Below, piece after piece: positions 25,200 to 37,513 of a stretch of 45,220 bases of DNA. The notes under the pieces are model-generated. The model had not been told where the DNA came from and searched no databases. It saw nothing but the letters and a program-made list of their open reading frames with translations. The position numbers and the translations under genes were made by a program. Within the stretch, counting starts at the first letter, position 1. Every line of letters starts with the position of its first letter. The DNA is from Lama guanicoe. Its lineage: Eukaryota. The DNA lies in the NCBI GenBank assembly GCA_013239625.1, contig MU053588.1:1575988-1621207 (forward strand), in the 5' to 3' direction.

Positions 25200-27200
25200 A
25201 AAGAGGTGCATCCCTAGTGTCCCAGCAAGAGTGAACCAGCATCCTCAGGGAAGTCAGAGGTGGCTCCCTCCATGGGCCTGGGCTGGTTGGGGTGGGGTAA
25301 GCTTTTACAAACTGGTCTCCCTGATAACTATGGTGGTGGTAGGACCCCTAAGTCATAGAGGCAAGGTGGTGACACAAACTTCAGAAGCAAGCTGGACACA
25401 GTCATTGCAATGAGGGGCAAGGCTGGATCAGCAGCCAGTGGACCCAACGCCCACAGAGCGATGGAGATGGTTAGTAAAACACAAGTCTCCAAGAGGCAAG
25501 ATATATAGCAGCCAAGAAGAACATGTCTTCATTTATATAATCAAAAGAAATTGAGGGTGAATGCTCCGGAGGCTAAGGACAGACACTCTCATAAAAAATC
25601 ATGGTCCCTTACCTGGTTTCCAGACCTGAGTCAATTTTCGAATCCCAGACTTCAGGGGAGGCCAGGTCCCTATGAGGACAGAGCTGTAATGCCACTGCCA
25701 GTGTGTTATTGGCGATTTCCCACATCCTTTCCCAGTGACCCAGGGTGAGCTGGAGCTGGCTTGTACCAACTTGCCTTAATTGAGTGTTCAATTTGCAGGA
25801 ATTTCGTAAGTTGACTGTTAAATAAAGCCATTACAATTTAAAATTATATAAACTTACAATTAAAAATTATATTAAAGCAAAAGTCAAATACTCATCAATC
25901 ACTCCTGATCATTTTACCCCTTTTTACTATTATCTATGCTCTTGAGATTATTTCTGAGTTGAATTGTGTCCACCCAAAAAGATACCATGAAGTCCTAACC
26001 CCCAGGACTGAGGATGTGACCTTATTTGGAAACAGGATCATTGCAGATGGAATTACTTAAGATGAGGTCATTAAGGCGGCCCTAATCCAATATCACTGGG
26101 GTCCTTATAGAGAGAAGACCCACAGCGGGAGAGACACAGAAGGACAAGACAGTGGAGTGACAAGTGAGGGAGAGGTTGGAGTGATGCATTCATGAAATAC
26201 CAAGGACCCCTGGCAAACACCGGAAGCTGGGAGAGGCAAGGAAAGATTCTCCCCTACAGGTTTCAGAGGAAAACCTGCAGGGCCCTGCTGACACCTTGAC
26301 TTTGGACTTCTAGACTTCAGAACTGTGAGACAATCAATTTCTGTTGTTCCACATCACTCAGGTGAAGTACTTTGTTATGACAGCCCCATGAAAGTAAAAC
26401 ATTGTGTATTACATCTATATAGAAATACTATGTAATGTTCTGCTACACATCTCTTCCAAACTCCGTGCTCAGTGACATCATGTTGGCAGCTTGATATCAG
26501 CCATGGTGGTTGTGTTAGCACCACAGAAATTTTCAAATGCTACAAATTAGAGCTTTTCTCCTCAGAGAGCCTGTTGTAGAACATTTAATGGGCAGACTGG
26601 TGCCAGTGACAATTTCCTTGGTAAACAGCACACTGGTGAAAGGAGAAAACTCGGACCTTTGGTAACTGTTGGACACAGGATCTGAATTAATGTTGATGCT
26701 GAGGACACGGAGAGCCATTCTCGCCCTTCGGTTAGAGGCAGTGGGGGGGTGGGGGGAGGAGGACAACATTATGGAGGCAGATAATGAATGGAGTCCTGAC
26801 TCGGCTCTGGCCCACGAACTGGCCCCTTCCCATGCTGGCCATCATAATTTTTTTTTAAATCATCACATCCCAGGGGTGATGGCAGAGATTAGTGCCATCC
26901 ACAAAGACATGAAGGATGCCAGAGTGGTTGTTTCTATCATATTCTCATTTAATTCACCCATCTGACCCTTTCAAAAACCATCTGGATCCTGGTAGATGAT
27001 GGTAGATGTGTGAACTTAACCAAGTAATAGCCTAAATTGCAGCTGCTCTGCTGGACAGGGTATGTCTTCCAGAGAGGATTAACACAGCCTTGATATGTGA
27101 GATGCGGCCCTCGATCAGGCGAATGCAGTCTTTCCATTCCCACCTGAAAGGAGGTTCAGAAGCAGCCCACAGTTACTTAGGATGGCCAAGATGCATGTTT
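25200..27200 (+). mobile_element. Degenerate ERV-L internal remnant (protease and N-terminal RT), interrupted by younger repeats
   Basis: LLDTGSELML aspartyl protease motif at about 26666-26695; HHIPGVMAEISAIHKDMKDARVVVSIIFSFNSPI*PFQKPSGSW at about 26860-26990 matches the ERV-L RT N-terminus; stops and frameshifts present. The 5' boundary is approximate. Confidence 0.75.
25950..26400. mobile_element. MLT1-type MaLR solo LTR nested in the ERV-L region
   Basis: tgaattgtgtccacccaaaaagata...gtgaccttatttggaaacagg...cagaactgtgagacaatcaatttctgttgtt. Confidence 0.75.
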
Positions 27201-27748
27201 AGAATAGGTACAGAGACAACTAGCTGGAGTCTCTGCCACTCCTGCTTTGTTGAAAATTGTGTGATTGTGTGATGGGTGGAGCTGAGGCAGCCACCTTATG
27301 CTCTTACAAGGAGAGAATACTGATACACTGAGAATGGAGGAGCAGCCAGAGGGAAAGAGCCTAGATTCTCTATGACATCACGCTGTCTAAACCAGCACTA
27401 TTCAATATAAATATTATGTGAACCACATATATAGTTTTTACATTTCTGGTAGCCACCTTTAAAAAGTTTAAAAAATATACGAAATTAATTTTAAACACAA
27501 ACACACTTCATTTTATTGTGCCTTAGTGCACATCACAGATATCACTTATTATGCAAATTGAAGGGTTGTGTCAACCCTGTCTTGAGTAGGTCTCACCAGT
27601 GTCATTTTTTCAACAGCAATCACTCACCTTTTATCTCTGGGTCATAATCTGGTGATTCTTGCAATATTTCAAACTATCTACCAGCAAAAAGATAATGACT
27701 TGCTGAAGGCTCCGATGACGGTTAGTATTTTTTAACAATAACCTATTT

Positions 27749-27873
27749 TGGGGGGTTGGGAGTGTAGCTCAGTGGGAGAGTGCATGCTTGGTGTGCACGA
27801 CGTCCTGGGTTCCATCCCCAGTGCCTCCCTTAAGGGGAAAAAAACCAATAATTGATTTATTTTTATTTTTAAT
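27749..27873 (+). mobile_element. tRNA-derived SINE (Vic-1-like) inserted in the Tigger fossil
   Basis: gtgtagctcagtgggagagtgcatgcttgg...cctgggttccatccccagt; flanking aataacctattt direct repeats (TSD). Confidence 0.75.
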
Positions 27874-28021
27874 AATAACCTATTTTTAATTAAGTTATGT
27901 ACTTTTTAAAATATAATGCTATTTCACACTTAATAGACTGTGGTGTAGTGTAAACGTAACTTAGACATGCACTGAGAAACCAAAAAATTGTGTGACTGAC
28001 TTTGTTGATACTCCAGTTATT

Positions 28022-28079
28022 TTTTTTTTTTACATTTTTTATTGATTCATAATCATTTTACAGTGTTGTGTCAAATTCC
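28022..28079 (-). mobile_element. Very short 5'-truncated young L1 3' end with perfect 15-bp TSD
   Basis: TSD GATACTCCAGTTATT at 28007-28021 and 28080-28094; insert is poly-T plus acattttttattgattcataatcattttacagtgttgtgtcaaattcc, same family as 37141-37513. Confidence 0.8.
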
Positions 28080-29044
28080 GATACTCCAGTTATTATGGTG
28101 GTCTGGAAACAAACTCCCAGTATCTCTAAGCTTTATTTTACATAATAGATCCAAATATCATTTTGACTTACAATCAATATACAATTTATTAATGCAATTT
28201 TACTTTTTTACAGAAAATAAAAATTCTATACATACAAACATCTATTCTCAAGCTCTGTCCACTGAGAGGGTAGAGGCAATGAGATCTTTGCAGCAATCAG
28301 CCCACCTAGCACCCAAATCTTGGTTTCCAAATACTGTTCTCCACTAAAAAGAATCAGAGCTGTATGGAGAAATAGCTGGTTACAGAGAAGGGACAGGAAA
28401 ATTACAAAATGAGCCTGGAAATCTGATTCCAGAAGGTGAAGAAGTACCCAAAAATGAGGGAAATACATCAAAAGGACATGAGCCCTCTGGAAAGGGTTCT
28501 CACTGGCCTCATATGGGACAACCTGAGCATCACAGTAAATGATAGTAAAGAATTTCAATCCATTGAAAAAAAAAGAATTCATGAGTCCATGTTGATATAA
28601 ATCCATTGGTAAGTACATATGAGGGAGGGGAGGAAACTCCTCTTAAGAGTAGAATGTCTGCTAAGGAATGTAGAAAGATGGATGAAGGTAGAGGCTCACA
28701 ACCGGGTAGGTGTCATAATGGTCCAGGAAGGCAAAGCCATCAATAGATGCTGAAAAGACTGGGTCAGAGTTTGAGAAGTCACAGGAATTAACATGGTTGC
28801 AAAGACTCTCCACATCCTTGTTTATTACAAAGAAAAAACTAGAAACTGCACAGTGGAGAAATTTGGCAGGCACCATCAGAAAAAATAAAGTAAGAAAAAT
28901 TAAAAGGCATTAAATTCTGGAGGATATTTTATACTTAGAGCACAGCTTGGCTCCCACAGTTACATTTCACCTGCAAAATAGCTACATGTGATCTGGGGAC
29001 CCTACTGGACAGTTCAGCTAAAATAGACCTTACTGTTTCAGAAT

Positions 29045-29185
29045 TCTTATTTTTTACTTTCTTGTGGGGAGAGGTAATCAGATTTGTTTGTTTGCTTGTT
29101 TATTTTAATGGAGGGATGGGAGATTGAACCCAGGACCTCATGCATGCTAGGCACCCACTCTACCACTGAGCTATACCCTCCCTCC
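29045..29185 (-). mobile_element. tRNA-derived SINE (Vic-1-like)
   Basis: gattgaacccaggacctcatgcatgctaggcacccactctaccactgagctataccctccc. Confidence 0.75.
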
Positions 29186-29289
29186 TCAAGACTTCTGTAC
29201 AATAATAAATGTTCTCATTATTAAGGCATTTTTAGTTACTATTACTTTACTTGTAACAGAATGCACTCTACTGACACCATCACACACAT

Positions 29290-29885
29290 ACTGTGCTTGG
29301 CTGGATAATAACCCAACAAAGATACCCACACCATCCCTAGAAGTTATAAATACCTTGTACACACCAAAGGGACAGTGCTGATGTAATTAAGGTTTATTGA
29401 CTTTAAAATAGAGGCATTAACCTGGGTGACCTGAGAAGGCCCAATCTGAACACATGAGTTCTTAAAAGTACAGAACTTTCTCAAGCTGAGGGCAGAAATG
29501 GACAGAAGAAGAAGTGAGAGGGATTCCAGGCATGAAGAGGACTTGACCCACCATTGCGGGCTCTGAGGTAGAAGGTCCACTTGCCGGGACCAGAAAGAGG
29601 TAGCCAAGAGCTAAGGATAGGTCTTCACAGCCAACAAAGAAATGGGACAAGGCACCTGACAACCTCAAGGAGCAGAATTCTGCCAACAACTTAGATGGGT
29701 TTACAAAGCCTCCAAAACAACCCATTTGGCCACAGTATGACTCAGCCTTGTGAGACCCACATCAGGGGAACCAGGCGAGCTCACGCGATCACTGCCCTGT
29801 GGAAACGTGAGAGAAGGACTTCAACTTGTGTTGAGATGCTCAGTTTGGGATACTTTGTTAGGGCAGCAAAAGTAGACCAATCCTC
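29290..29885. mobile_element. MLT1-type MaLR LTR immediately downstream of the IFNL3-like gene
   Basis: gctgatgtaattaagg...cccaatct...gaattctgccaacaac...gaaacgtgaga...tttgttagggcagcaaaag. Confidence 0.6.
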
Positions 29886-29928
29886 AAACACGCAGTCACA
29901 GACCACAAAGAGCATCTTTTCCTCATTG

Positions 29929-29975
29929 TTTATTTGCAAAATTTTTACAAAAAGTAGAAAAATAAACATTTTATT
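29929..29975 (-). terminator. Two candidate polyadenylation signals of the IFNL3-like gene
   Basis: Minus-strand AATAAA at 29975-29970 and 29934-29929, after an AU-rich 3'UTR containing ATTTA. Confidence 0.65.
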
Positions 29976-30112
29976 GGGTATGAGTTTCAGAATTCATACA
30001 CATAAATACAAAAATAGAGACTTGCAGGCAATAAATTAGGAAAGTGGTTCTGATGCATCAATACATAAACAATATGTAAGATGCTGGAACAGGTTGCAGG
30101 TAGATCTCAGGC

Positions 30113-31544
30113 TCAGACACACAGGTGTCCGCTGGCGACACATTTCAGGTCCCGGGTGAGGAGGCGGAAGAGGTTGAACATGACAGAGGCCTCGAGGCAG
30201 TCTTGGGACTCCTGTGGGGGGGATGGCTCAGTGGTCCCCGTGCCTGGGCTCCCAGCTGCCCCCAGACATCAGTTTCCCCACCGCGGTCACTCACCTTCTT
30301 CGGGGCCTCCTGGAGCCGGTGCAGCCAGTGGTGGAGGCGGTCCCGGGGCCTGGGGCCTGCTGTGGGCTGAGCTGGGACCTGTTGGCAGAGGAGGGGGTGT
30401 GAGGGGGTGGACAGGGCCTGGGACAGAGGAGGACATTCAGGTGGTCGGAGCCTAGACACGCTGCGGGTGGCCCGAGCACTCACACAAGCCTGGAGCTGGG
30501 AGTGGATGTGGCCCAGGGTGTGCAGGGGCTGGTCCAGGGTGCTGTCCAGGGATGAGTTAGCCATGGTCCCCAGAACGGCCAGAGTCAGGGCCACCTCAGC
30601 CTTCAAGGCCACGGGGCGCTCCCACACCTGAGGCGGGGAGACAGGGCAGGGGAGAGTTGCACGTGAGAGAGGACAGGGGAGGAGGGACAGGTGGGGAGGA
30701 CACAGGCAGGGAGAGTTGAAGGGGAAGGTCGGGGTCAGGGGAGAGGCACAGCCGATGTGGTCAGCGGAGGGGAAGGGGTCGGGGACAGGTGGGCAGGGCG
30801 GGGAGAGGAGGAGGCGGGAGGAGGAGGAGGGGAGGGGCCGCCTGCAGAGCCAGGTGAGCTGGGCCAGGTGAGGGCAGGTGGGCCTGACTCTCCGGACTCA
30901 CCTGCAGCTGCCCCAGGGCCCGGGTCCTGGGGAAGATGCGCGAGCTGCAGTTCCAGTCCTTCTGCAAGAGTGACTCTTCCTAGGGAGCAAGAGCAAGGTC
31001 AGCCCACAGCACGACCGAGGGGAGACCCCGGTGAGACTGGAGGGAGGCCGACCTCAGGAGGAGGGGAGGTGAAGGTCCAAAGGACGGCAGAGGCACGACC
31101 ACCACAGGAGGACAGGGCTCAGCCCACTGCGGGGTGGACGGGGGGCCGGTGAAGGGAGAGCAGGTCCCCCTTGAGCAGAGGAAGCCCGGGCACCCACAGC
31201 GCGGGGACGGAGGGGAGCCCACAGCAGGCGGGGCTGGGGGACACTCACAAAGGCGTCCTTGGCTCTCTTGAAGGCCTGCAGCTCTTGTGGGGACAGAGAC
31301 TTGAATTGGGCCAGGTGGCAGCCCCTTGCGCCCGGGAGGGCCCTGAGGGGTGAGGGGACAGGAACTGCTCCTGTCCTGGTCAGCGCTGCGGTCACCAGCA
31401 ACAGCCCCAGCATGCAGCCCGAGGTCATGCCTGTGTTGTGGAAGGAGAGGAACGTGAGGGGACGTAGGTCACTGGGGACTGAGGGGAGGGCGTTTCGCGG
31501 GGCTCAGGTCCCGGGCAATGATGTGGGAGCTCACCCAGCTTCAT
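30113..31544 (-). CDS. IFNL3: Interferon lambda-3-like (IFNL2/3 type), 6 coding exons, 198 aa (194 aa from the second ATG at 31428)
   Basis: GT-AG exons 31544-31535 (MKL-G), 31430-31249 (MTSGCMLGLLL...GCHLAQFKSLSPQELQAFKRAKDAF), 30979-30902 (EESLLQKDWNCSSRIFPRTRALGQLQ), 30627-30484 (VWERPVALKAE...SQLQAC), 30378-30295 (VPAQP...QEAPKK) and 30211-30113 (ESQDCLEASVMFNLFRLLTRDLKCVASGHLCV*). Frame intact; six conserved Cys in the mature chain. Confidence 0.95.
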
Positions 31545-31744
31545 TCCTGGTCTCTGATCGCTGGTCTCTGTCAGCAGGTGGGGGATCAAGTGTCCACTCT
31601 GAGGCTGTCGCCTGAGATCTCTCAGTCTTGTTTGATGTCTCTGACCCCAGTCTCCTCTTCTGGACCTCAGCCCGCTGCTCGTCCGAGTGTCTGAACTTCC
31701 AGCTCCGTCTGAGGTCTAATTCCTGCCTGAGCTCCATGGTGTCG

Positions 31745-31898
31745 CTTTTAGCCTGTGCAGCTGGGCAATCCCAGCTGATGTAGGAAAAGTGAAAACACAG
31801 CTAGAGGGTGACACCGGCCACCAGAGAGGCCCAGGCAGGAAAGCCCAGAGCAGGGCGGGGCCTGGGAGCCAGGTGAGCAGCTGAGTGAAAGAGAAACT
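31745..31898 (-). promoter_or_regulatory. IFNL3 promoter: TATA-like, NF-kB, IRF-E and ISRE sites
   Basis: Minus CTAAAAG at 31751-31745; GGGATTGCCC at 31772-31763; GAAAAGTGAAAA at 31784-31795; GAAAGAGAAACT (ISRE AGTTTCNNTTTC) at 31887-31898. Confidence 0.75.
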
Positions 31899-33557
31899 GA
31901 CCTCCATTAGGGCTCACCTCCAAGAAAGTGCGTTCTGAACACAAAATCCAGGCTGGGGCAGCTGCAGCCCCACATGGGGGTGTCTTGTGCAGTGGCCAGG
32001 CTAGATCTAGGACTGGGGTGCAGAGGGGACAGAGGGATTCCTTGCTGCAGGATGCCCCAGTGCAGGGAGTGGGGGGAAAGAGCACGCCTAGAAGGAGTTG
32101 CCGGGAAGAACCTGGACCTTCCAAGTGGGAGGCTGTTTAGGTGATGGGAGAAGATCTGGGGGTGCTGCTGGGGGTGGGGAGAGAGAGTCAGAAGGCAAAA
32201 CACACCCATTAAGAGAGGAGACCAGCTCCTCCCCACCTTTCGCAACCTGGTACACACAAAGATGGAATGGGGGAGGAGGCGAGCCCGCGCTAACATCTCT
32301 AATTGTCCAGGCATAGAAGGACCCAGGAACAGGAGGCTCTGCTCTGGAATTGTGGGCCGACCAAGCCTTCAAGGCAACCAGCTTGGTTTGTGACAAACAC
32401 CTTCATTTGTTCACCAAATATTTATTCAGCCACCACTTTGGGTCAGACCCTGTTCAAGGTGCCAGGGCAAGAGCACTGAAAAAAGAAAAAGACATACCAC
32501 AATCCTTCATGGAGCTTTTTGCTAGAGAGGAGGAACACACAGTGGAGGTCGGGGAGTCGGGCTTGTGGTGTGTATTGTGTCAGAGAACGTCAGATAACAG
32601 AAAATGAAAAAATGAAACGGGGTTGAGAGCAGAGTGCGGGAGGAAGTTTGCATTAAATGAGGTGTCTGAGAAATGACATTTAGGGAAAGACCTAAAGGAA
32701 GTGAGGGAGGGAGCTCTGTGAAGATCCGAGGGGGAGCATTCTGCGAAAAGGGAACAGTCAGTGCAAATGGAAAACAGACACCACCGCCACCCCCACTTTT
32801 GGTGTATGTCTCACCCTGTCACAGAGGCTTGGCCACAACGTGGTTAAATACCCACAGTAGCACCAAGGACTTACTGTGCTTTGCCTACATGTCAAATACA
32901 GATGGAAGTTTAGAGGCTCAGAGAGGTTAAGAGACTTGTTCAAGGCCACACAGCAAATAACTAGTGAGGGCAGGATTTTAACTGAGTTTTGCCTGGCATC
33001 AGGCAATAACCACTGCACCCTCCAGCCTGACTGTAGCGAGACCTCCTGGACCTGGAAGTGATGGATTTCTTGGACAGAAGTTGCTGAGTCCTTTTTGACT
33101 GTTACTCCCACCCTCTCTTTCCCTCATTTTAATTCCAGGGAGAGGGTAGACTGAAATCCGTGTTGGGTAATATCTTTGAGGTCCGATATGCAAAAATGTG
33201 TTAAAACCAATAGCAGGGATGTGCAAGTCACCGCCGGTGTTCTGGTCAGTTTCTGTCACTTGGAGGAGGCCTTACCTCAGGGGAGGAGACAGTGAAACAA
33301 GAATGAATTTTGAAAATTAACTTATTATCTCAAAATCCCTAGACATCATAATGTCTTTCTTAGAAAGAAAGCTCAGGGAGTGGTTAGGAACATGTGATCC
33401 AGAGCATGAAGCCTCGGGGGCTCCCCACTAGCTGTGTGATCTTGGGAAACAGGCTTTGCAGTTGGCCACAAAGATTACCCATCCTGCCCAGATCTCGATG
33501 AATGTAAAAAGTACAATTGTTTGCACTTTTATGTGTGTGATTATTTCATGGAGACCA

Positions 33558-33563
33558 TTTATT
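33558..33563 (-). terminator. Candidate polyadenylation signal, IFNL4 copy A
   Basis: Minus AATAAA about 790 nt after the stop; mirror of 43628-43633. Confidence 0.55.
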
Positions 33564-34350
33564 AAGATCATTCTGTGACTTCAGCTGGAAGCTTCACGAG
33601 CACTGTTTCAATGTGTATTACTCATGGCAAGGGACGTGTAATAATATCATGGCATAGAAGACTAAACGGAGGCTGGGTACACAATTAAGTAACGGGGCAG
33701 AATTGAAACTCAGGTCACCTGATTTCCCTCTCAGCATTTTGTGCTGTACAGTCACCCTCAAAATGATCACAGAGAAACAACCAATGCAAATGCAGTAATA
33801 TTTAATAACTGGCAATAAATTAACCCAAGAAGACAAAAGAGCAAACATACATAGGAACTTCATAAATACAAAACACACAAAAGTAACAGAATTCAAAAAA
33901 CTACTTAACAGAAGGACTCTTGCCCAGTCCCTCATGGAATGAGGTCTCCCCAGCAGAGAGATCCAACAGTCCCATATTCATGGAATGTCAAAGCGGGCAC
34001 TGAAGGTTCAAAGCAGGCGTTGGAACCTGTCAAGGGACAGGGAGGTTTCTGTAACCACAGAAGTAGAAACTGGTCCATGGTACGTGGTGGTCAGCGACCA
34101 AGGTCGACACGGAATCCAGTCTTTTCCTGCCAGCCCGGGGCCCTGGCAGATCTTAGGGCGACACTTCCCACGGAAATAGAGCGGCTTCCGAGGGGAACTG
34201 GTTCTGGCTCTGGGAAAAGGGCGCCTCTGGCACCAGCGCAGGCGGGTGGAGGCTGAGAGACCCGCCGGGTCCAATGGGGCAGCGGAGGGGGGCGGCGCCC
34301 GCAGCCAGGCGACCTCGGAGCTTCGGGTCCCAGGCGGGGCCGCGGCGGGA

Positions 34351-35691
34351 TCACAGACAAGGTCCCGAGTTTGCCACCAGCCGCAGGTCCCACGCGAGCA
34401 GGCGCAGGAGGTTGAAGATGACGCTGGCTTCATGACACCGAGGCGACTCCTGGAACCCGGGAAGGAGGCAGAGCCGGCCTGAGTCAGGGCCCCCCCTGCA
34501 GTCCGTCACCGCTCCACGGCGCGCGCCCGGCCCGTCTCAGCCTCACGCCGTCCTCCCTGCGGTCTAACCGCTTGACCGCCCGCTCCACTCACAGCTCTGC
34601 GAGTTTTGTGACGCCTCCTGGGCGGCCGCGGGGACCTCCTCCAGGAGCCTGGCCGGACCAGCTGCAGCTGGAGGGGAACCGCACGTAACTTGAAGACGGC
34701 GAAGAACGGAGCCTCCCTCCCAGGTGGCTCCGCCCCTCACCCTCCCGGCCGCAGACCCAAGCCCGGATTAGGGGACACCGAGCGAGCTGGGAGGGGTGCG
34801 GGGCCAGGGCGGGACCGGCACTCACGCAGGCCGCCACGTCCCGCCCCGCGGCCGCCAGCAGCTCCAGGGTCGGGCCGACGCCGGGGAACAGCTCGGGGCT
34901 CGGCAGGCTGCTCAGCACGGCCTGGGCGTCGGCGAGGCCGCGGGCCACCAGGCGGAGTCGGGCGCAGGACTGCGGGCACCGAGCGGCAGTTAGATGGGGC
35001 CGCGCTCGGGGCCCAAGTCCCCAAGCCCCTGCCGGCCGCGGGCCTCACCGACGGCGGCGGAGGGTTCCTCCTCGGGTGGAACGAGCAGTTGCGCGGCCTC
35101 CAGCTCAGCGTCTCTTCCTCCTGCGGGACAAGGGCCGGGATGATGCTGGGGATCCTCGCGGACTCCTGCACGTGGATCGGGCCGGCCCACAAGGTTGTGC
35201 TCATCGTGTCCTGACCAGAGAGCTCTCTGAAGGCGCGAGGCAGGCCTGAAATGCACCTGCGCTCCAGGTGCGGATCCTGCGCAGGGACGTGGAGCCGAGT
35301 CCACCTGAAGGGGGCGCCCCTCTGTGACAGCCACTAAGGCCCTGTATGAGCTGACCACCAGGGCGGCTGGAAAGGTGTGACCTGAATTCTGGACCCCGAG
35401 ATCCAGGATGCGCCTGCTGGACGCTAGGACAAGAGGGCCCCTCGGGACAAAGTTTGTCGTCCTGGGACCCGGGGGCCCGGTGGTCCAGGGTCCGGGGGGC
35501 AGAGGCGTGTGGGCATCACTCACATAGCGGTTCCTCAGGGCCTTGACTGCCTCCAGTGCCCGGGGATCCAGGGAGCGGTATTGGGAGAGGAGGCAGCGCC
35601 CGGGAGCCTCCACACCGGGGTCCACCGCCACGCCCACTGTCACCAAGACCCACAGCCCCATGGCCACCGCGGCTGCGCCACTCGGCCCCAT
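34351..35691 (-). CDS. IFNL4: Interferon lambda-4, copy A (5 coding exons, 185 aa, intact)
   Basis: Exons 35691-35524, 35120-35049, 34969-34826, 34667-34593 and 34449-34351; mirror image of the + strand copy with the same translation. Confidence 0.94.
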
Positions 35692-35996
35692 CTCTGCTCC
35701 TGCAAGAGGCAACAGACGTCAGGGAGCCCAAAGAGAAAGCCCCCAAGTCCAAGCCCCTGCCTGTGGTCAGACTCGCAGAGGGACTGACGCTCAGAGGGCG
35801 GGCACTGAGCCCTCTCAGGGGGAGAGACAGGATGGGTCCAGACACCTACTCCTACCTTCAGCCTCTCTCCCCTCACTCCTCACCTGCCATGTCTTCAGTG
35901 CCACTTGCTGCAGCAGGGCCTGCCTTCCAGTGTCCCCCAGGTGGTGTCCAGATTGTTGTCCACCTGGGACAGTGGTACCTGCACCCTCCATGGTGG

Positions 35997-36063
35997 CTTT
36001 TAAGTGAGGGGCTGAGAATGATGAGCAGCCGGGCTTCCCCGTGCAGGTTGTTTCCTAACGTCA
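35997..36063 (-). promoter_or_regulatory. IFNL4 copy A core promoter (TATA-like, NF-kB-like, CRE-like)
   Basis: Mirror of 41128-41194. Confidence 0.5.
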
Positions 36064-37140
36064 TTGCTGGCCATTGATCGGCCTGGAGAGTTGCAGGCAT
36101 GGTGTGAGGACTTTACCCGCTCGTGGGACAGTGCCAGCAATGATTCTACCCAAACTCTTCTGCCACCAGTTATGGTTTCTGTCCCTGTCTGTATCCTTTT
36201 GCTTTCTTTTTGTCACCCTCGGTTTCCTTATCTCTGTTGTATAATAATAACCAGCCCTTATACAGTGTTACTGTTACTAGGCCTTGTTCTAAGTAATTGA
36301 TATGCACATGTCTCATTTAATGCTCAAAAAATAACACTGCCAGAATTTTTCTACCTCCAATTCATAGGTGGGAAAACTGAGCCACAGTAAAGGGAAGGAA
36401 CTTTTCCAGGATACAAAGTAATTGGCAGAGGCAGGATTTGAATATATACTCAGTCCAGCCTCAAAGCTTGGTCTAACCCATTAACTCCCCCTAAATATCT
36501 AATTCAATGCCTCCTTCTCTCTCTTCACGGTCTGTCTCTGTTTCATTCCATTTCTCTTTCTGTCCCTCTCTGTATGCCTCCCTTTTGTCTCTGTTGCTCA
36601 GTTCCTGGTTTTGTCTCTGTCCATGTCTAATTCCATCTTTCTTTTTCTAGCAAACATTCAGGCCAGGGTTTTTCTGTCTGTTCTGTCTCAATCAGTCTCT
36701 TTTTTTTGAATGAAAAATGAAATCTACCACTTATCTTGATAAAATTAGCAATGCAGGATCATTGGTTAAAGCTTGAAAAATATAGACGTAACATAAGGGA
36801 GGAAAAAAACCCACCTATAACTTCACCACCCACCTCTCTCCCCTCACCCCAGCTCTGGAACAATTTTTCCCATGTGTAGAAATGTTAAACATATATATTT
36901 GTGCATATGTTTTCTGATTATCGAAGTAACACATTCATTATAAAGATACAGTCAATACAAAAACATACAACTTGGAGATTTAAAGTCTTGAATCCCACTT
37001 CCTGGACGTAATCTTTTTAGCCATCAGTTACTATTCCTCTTTTTTTTTCTCTCTCTCTCTTTCAATGAACAATTTCTCCCAAATTGAAACCAGGCTGTAT
37101 AATGTTTAGCAGCTTGCTTCTCGTGTCTTACCATTGTCTC

Positions 37141-37513
37141 TTTTTTTTCTTTTTCTTTTTTAACATTTTTTATTGATTTATAATCATTTTACAATGTTGT
37201 GTCAAAGTCCAGTGTAGAGCACAATTTTTCAGTTATACATGAACATATATACATTCATTGTCACATTTTTTTCTCTGTGAGCTACCGTAAGATCTTGTGT
37301 ATATTTCCCTGTGCTATACAGTATAATCTTGTTTATCTATTCTACAATTTTGAAATCCCATCTATCCCTTCCCACCCTCCGCCCCCTTGGCAACCACAAG
37401 TTTGTATTCTATGTCTATGAGTCTATTTCTGTTTTGTATTTATGCTTTGTTTCTTTGTTTTTGTTTTTTAGATTCCACATATGAGCGATCTCATATGGTA
37501 TTTTTCTTTCTCT
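37141..37513 (-). mobile_element. Young 5'-truncated L1 3' end at the inner edge of the left arm
   Basis: Poly-T start, L1 3'UTR-like body (ccctgtgctatacagt, ggcaaccacaagtttg, tagattccacatatgag); imperfect TSD ttaccattgtct (37128-37139) / ttaccattatgtct (37514-37527). Confidence 0.75.

Larger units (their letters stand above)
27500..28130 (+). mobile_element. Tigger1-derived DNA transposon fossil
   Basis: cattttattgtgc...aaattgaagggttgtg...gacttgctgaaggctc...aatgctatttcacacttaatagact...gaaaccaaaaaattgtgtgact...ggtggtctggaa. Confidence 0.7.
32013..37143. repeat. Left arm of large inverted segmental duplication
   Basis: Reverse complement of 40047-45220; paired ORFs in the track map with coordinate sum 77191 and near-identical translations. 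Confidence 0.97.
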
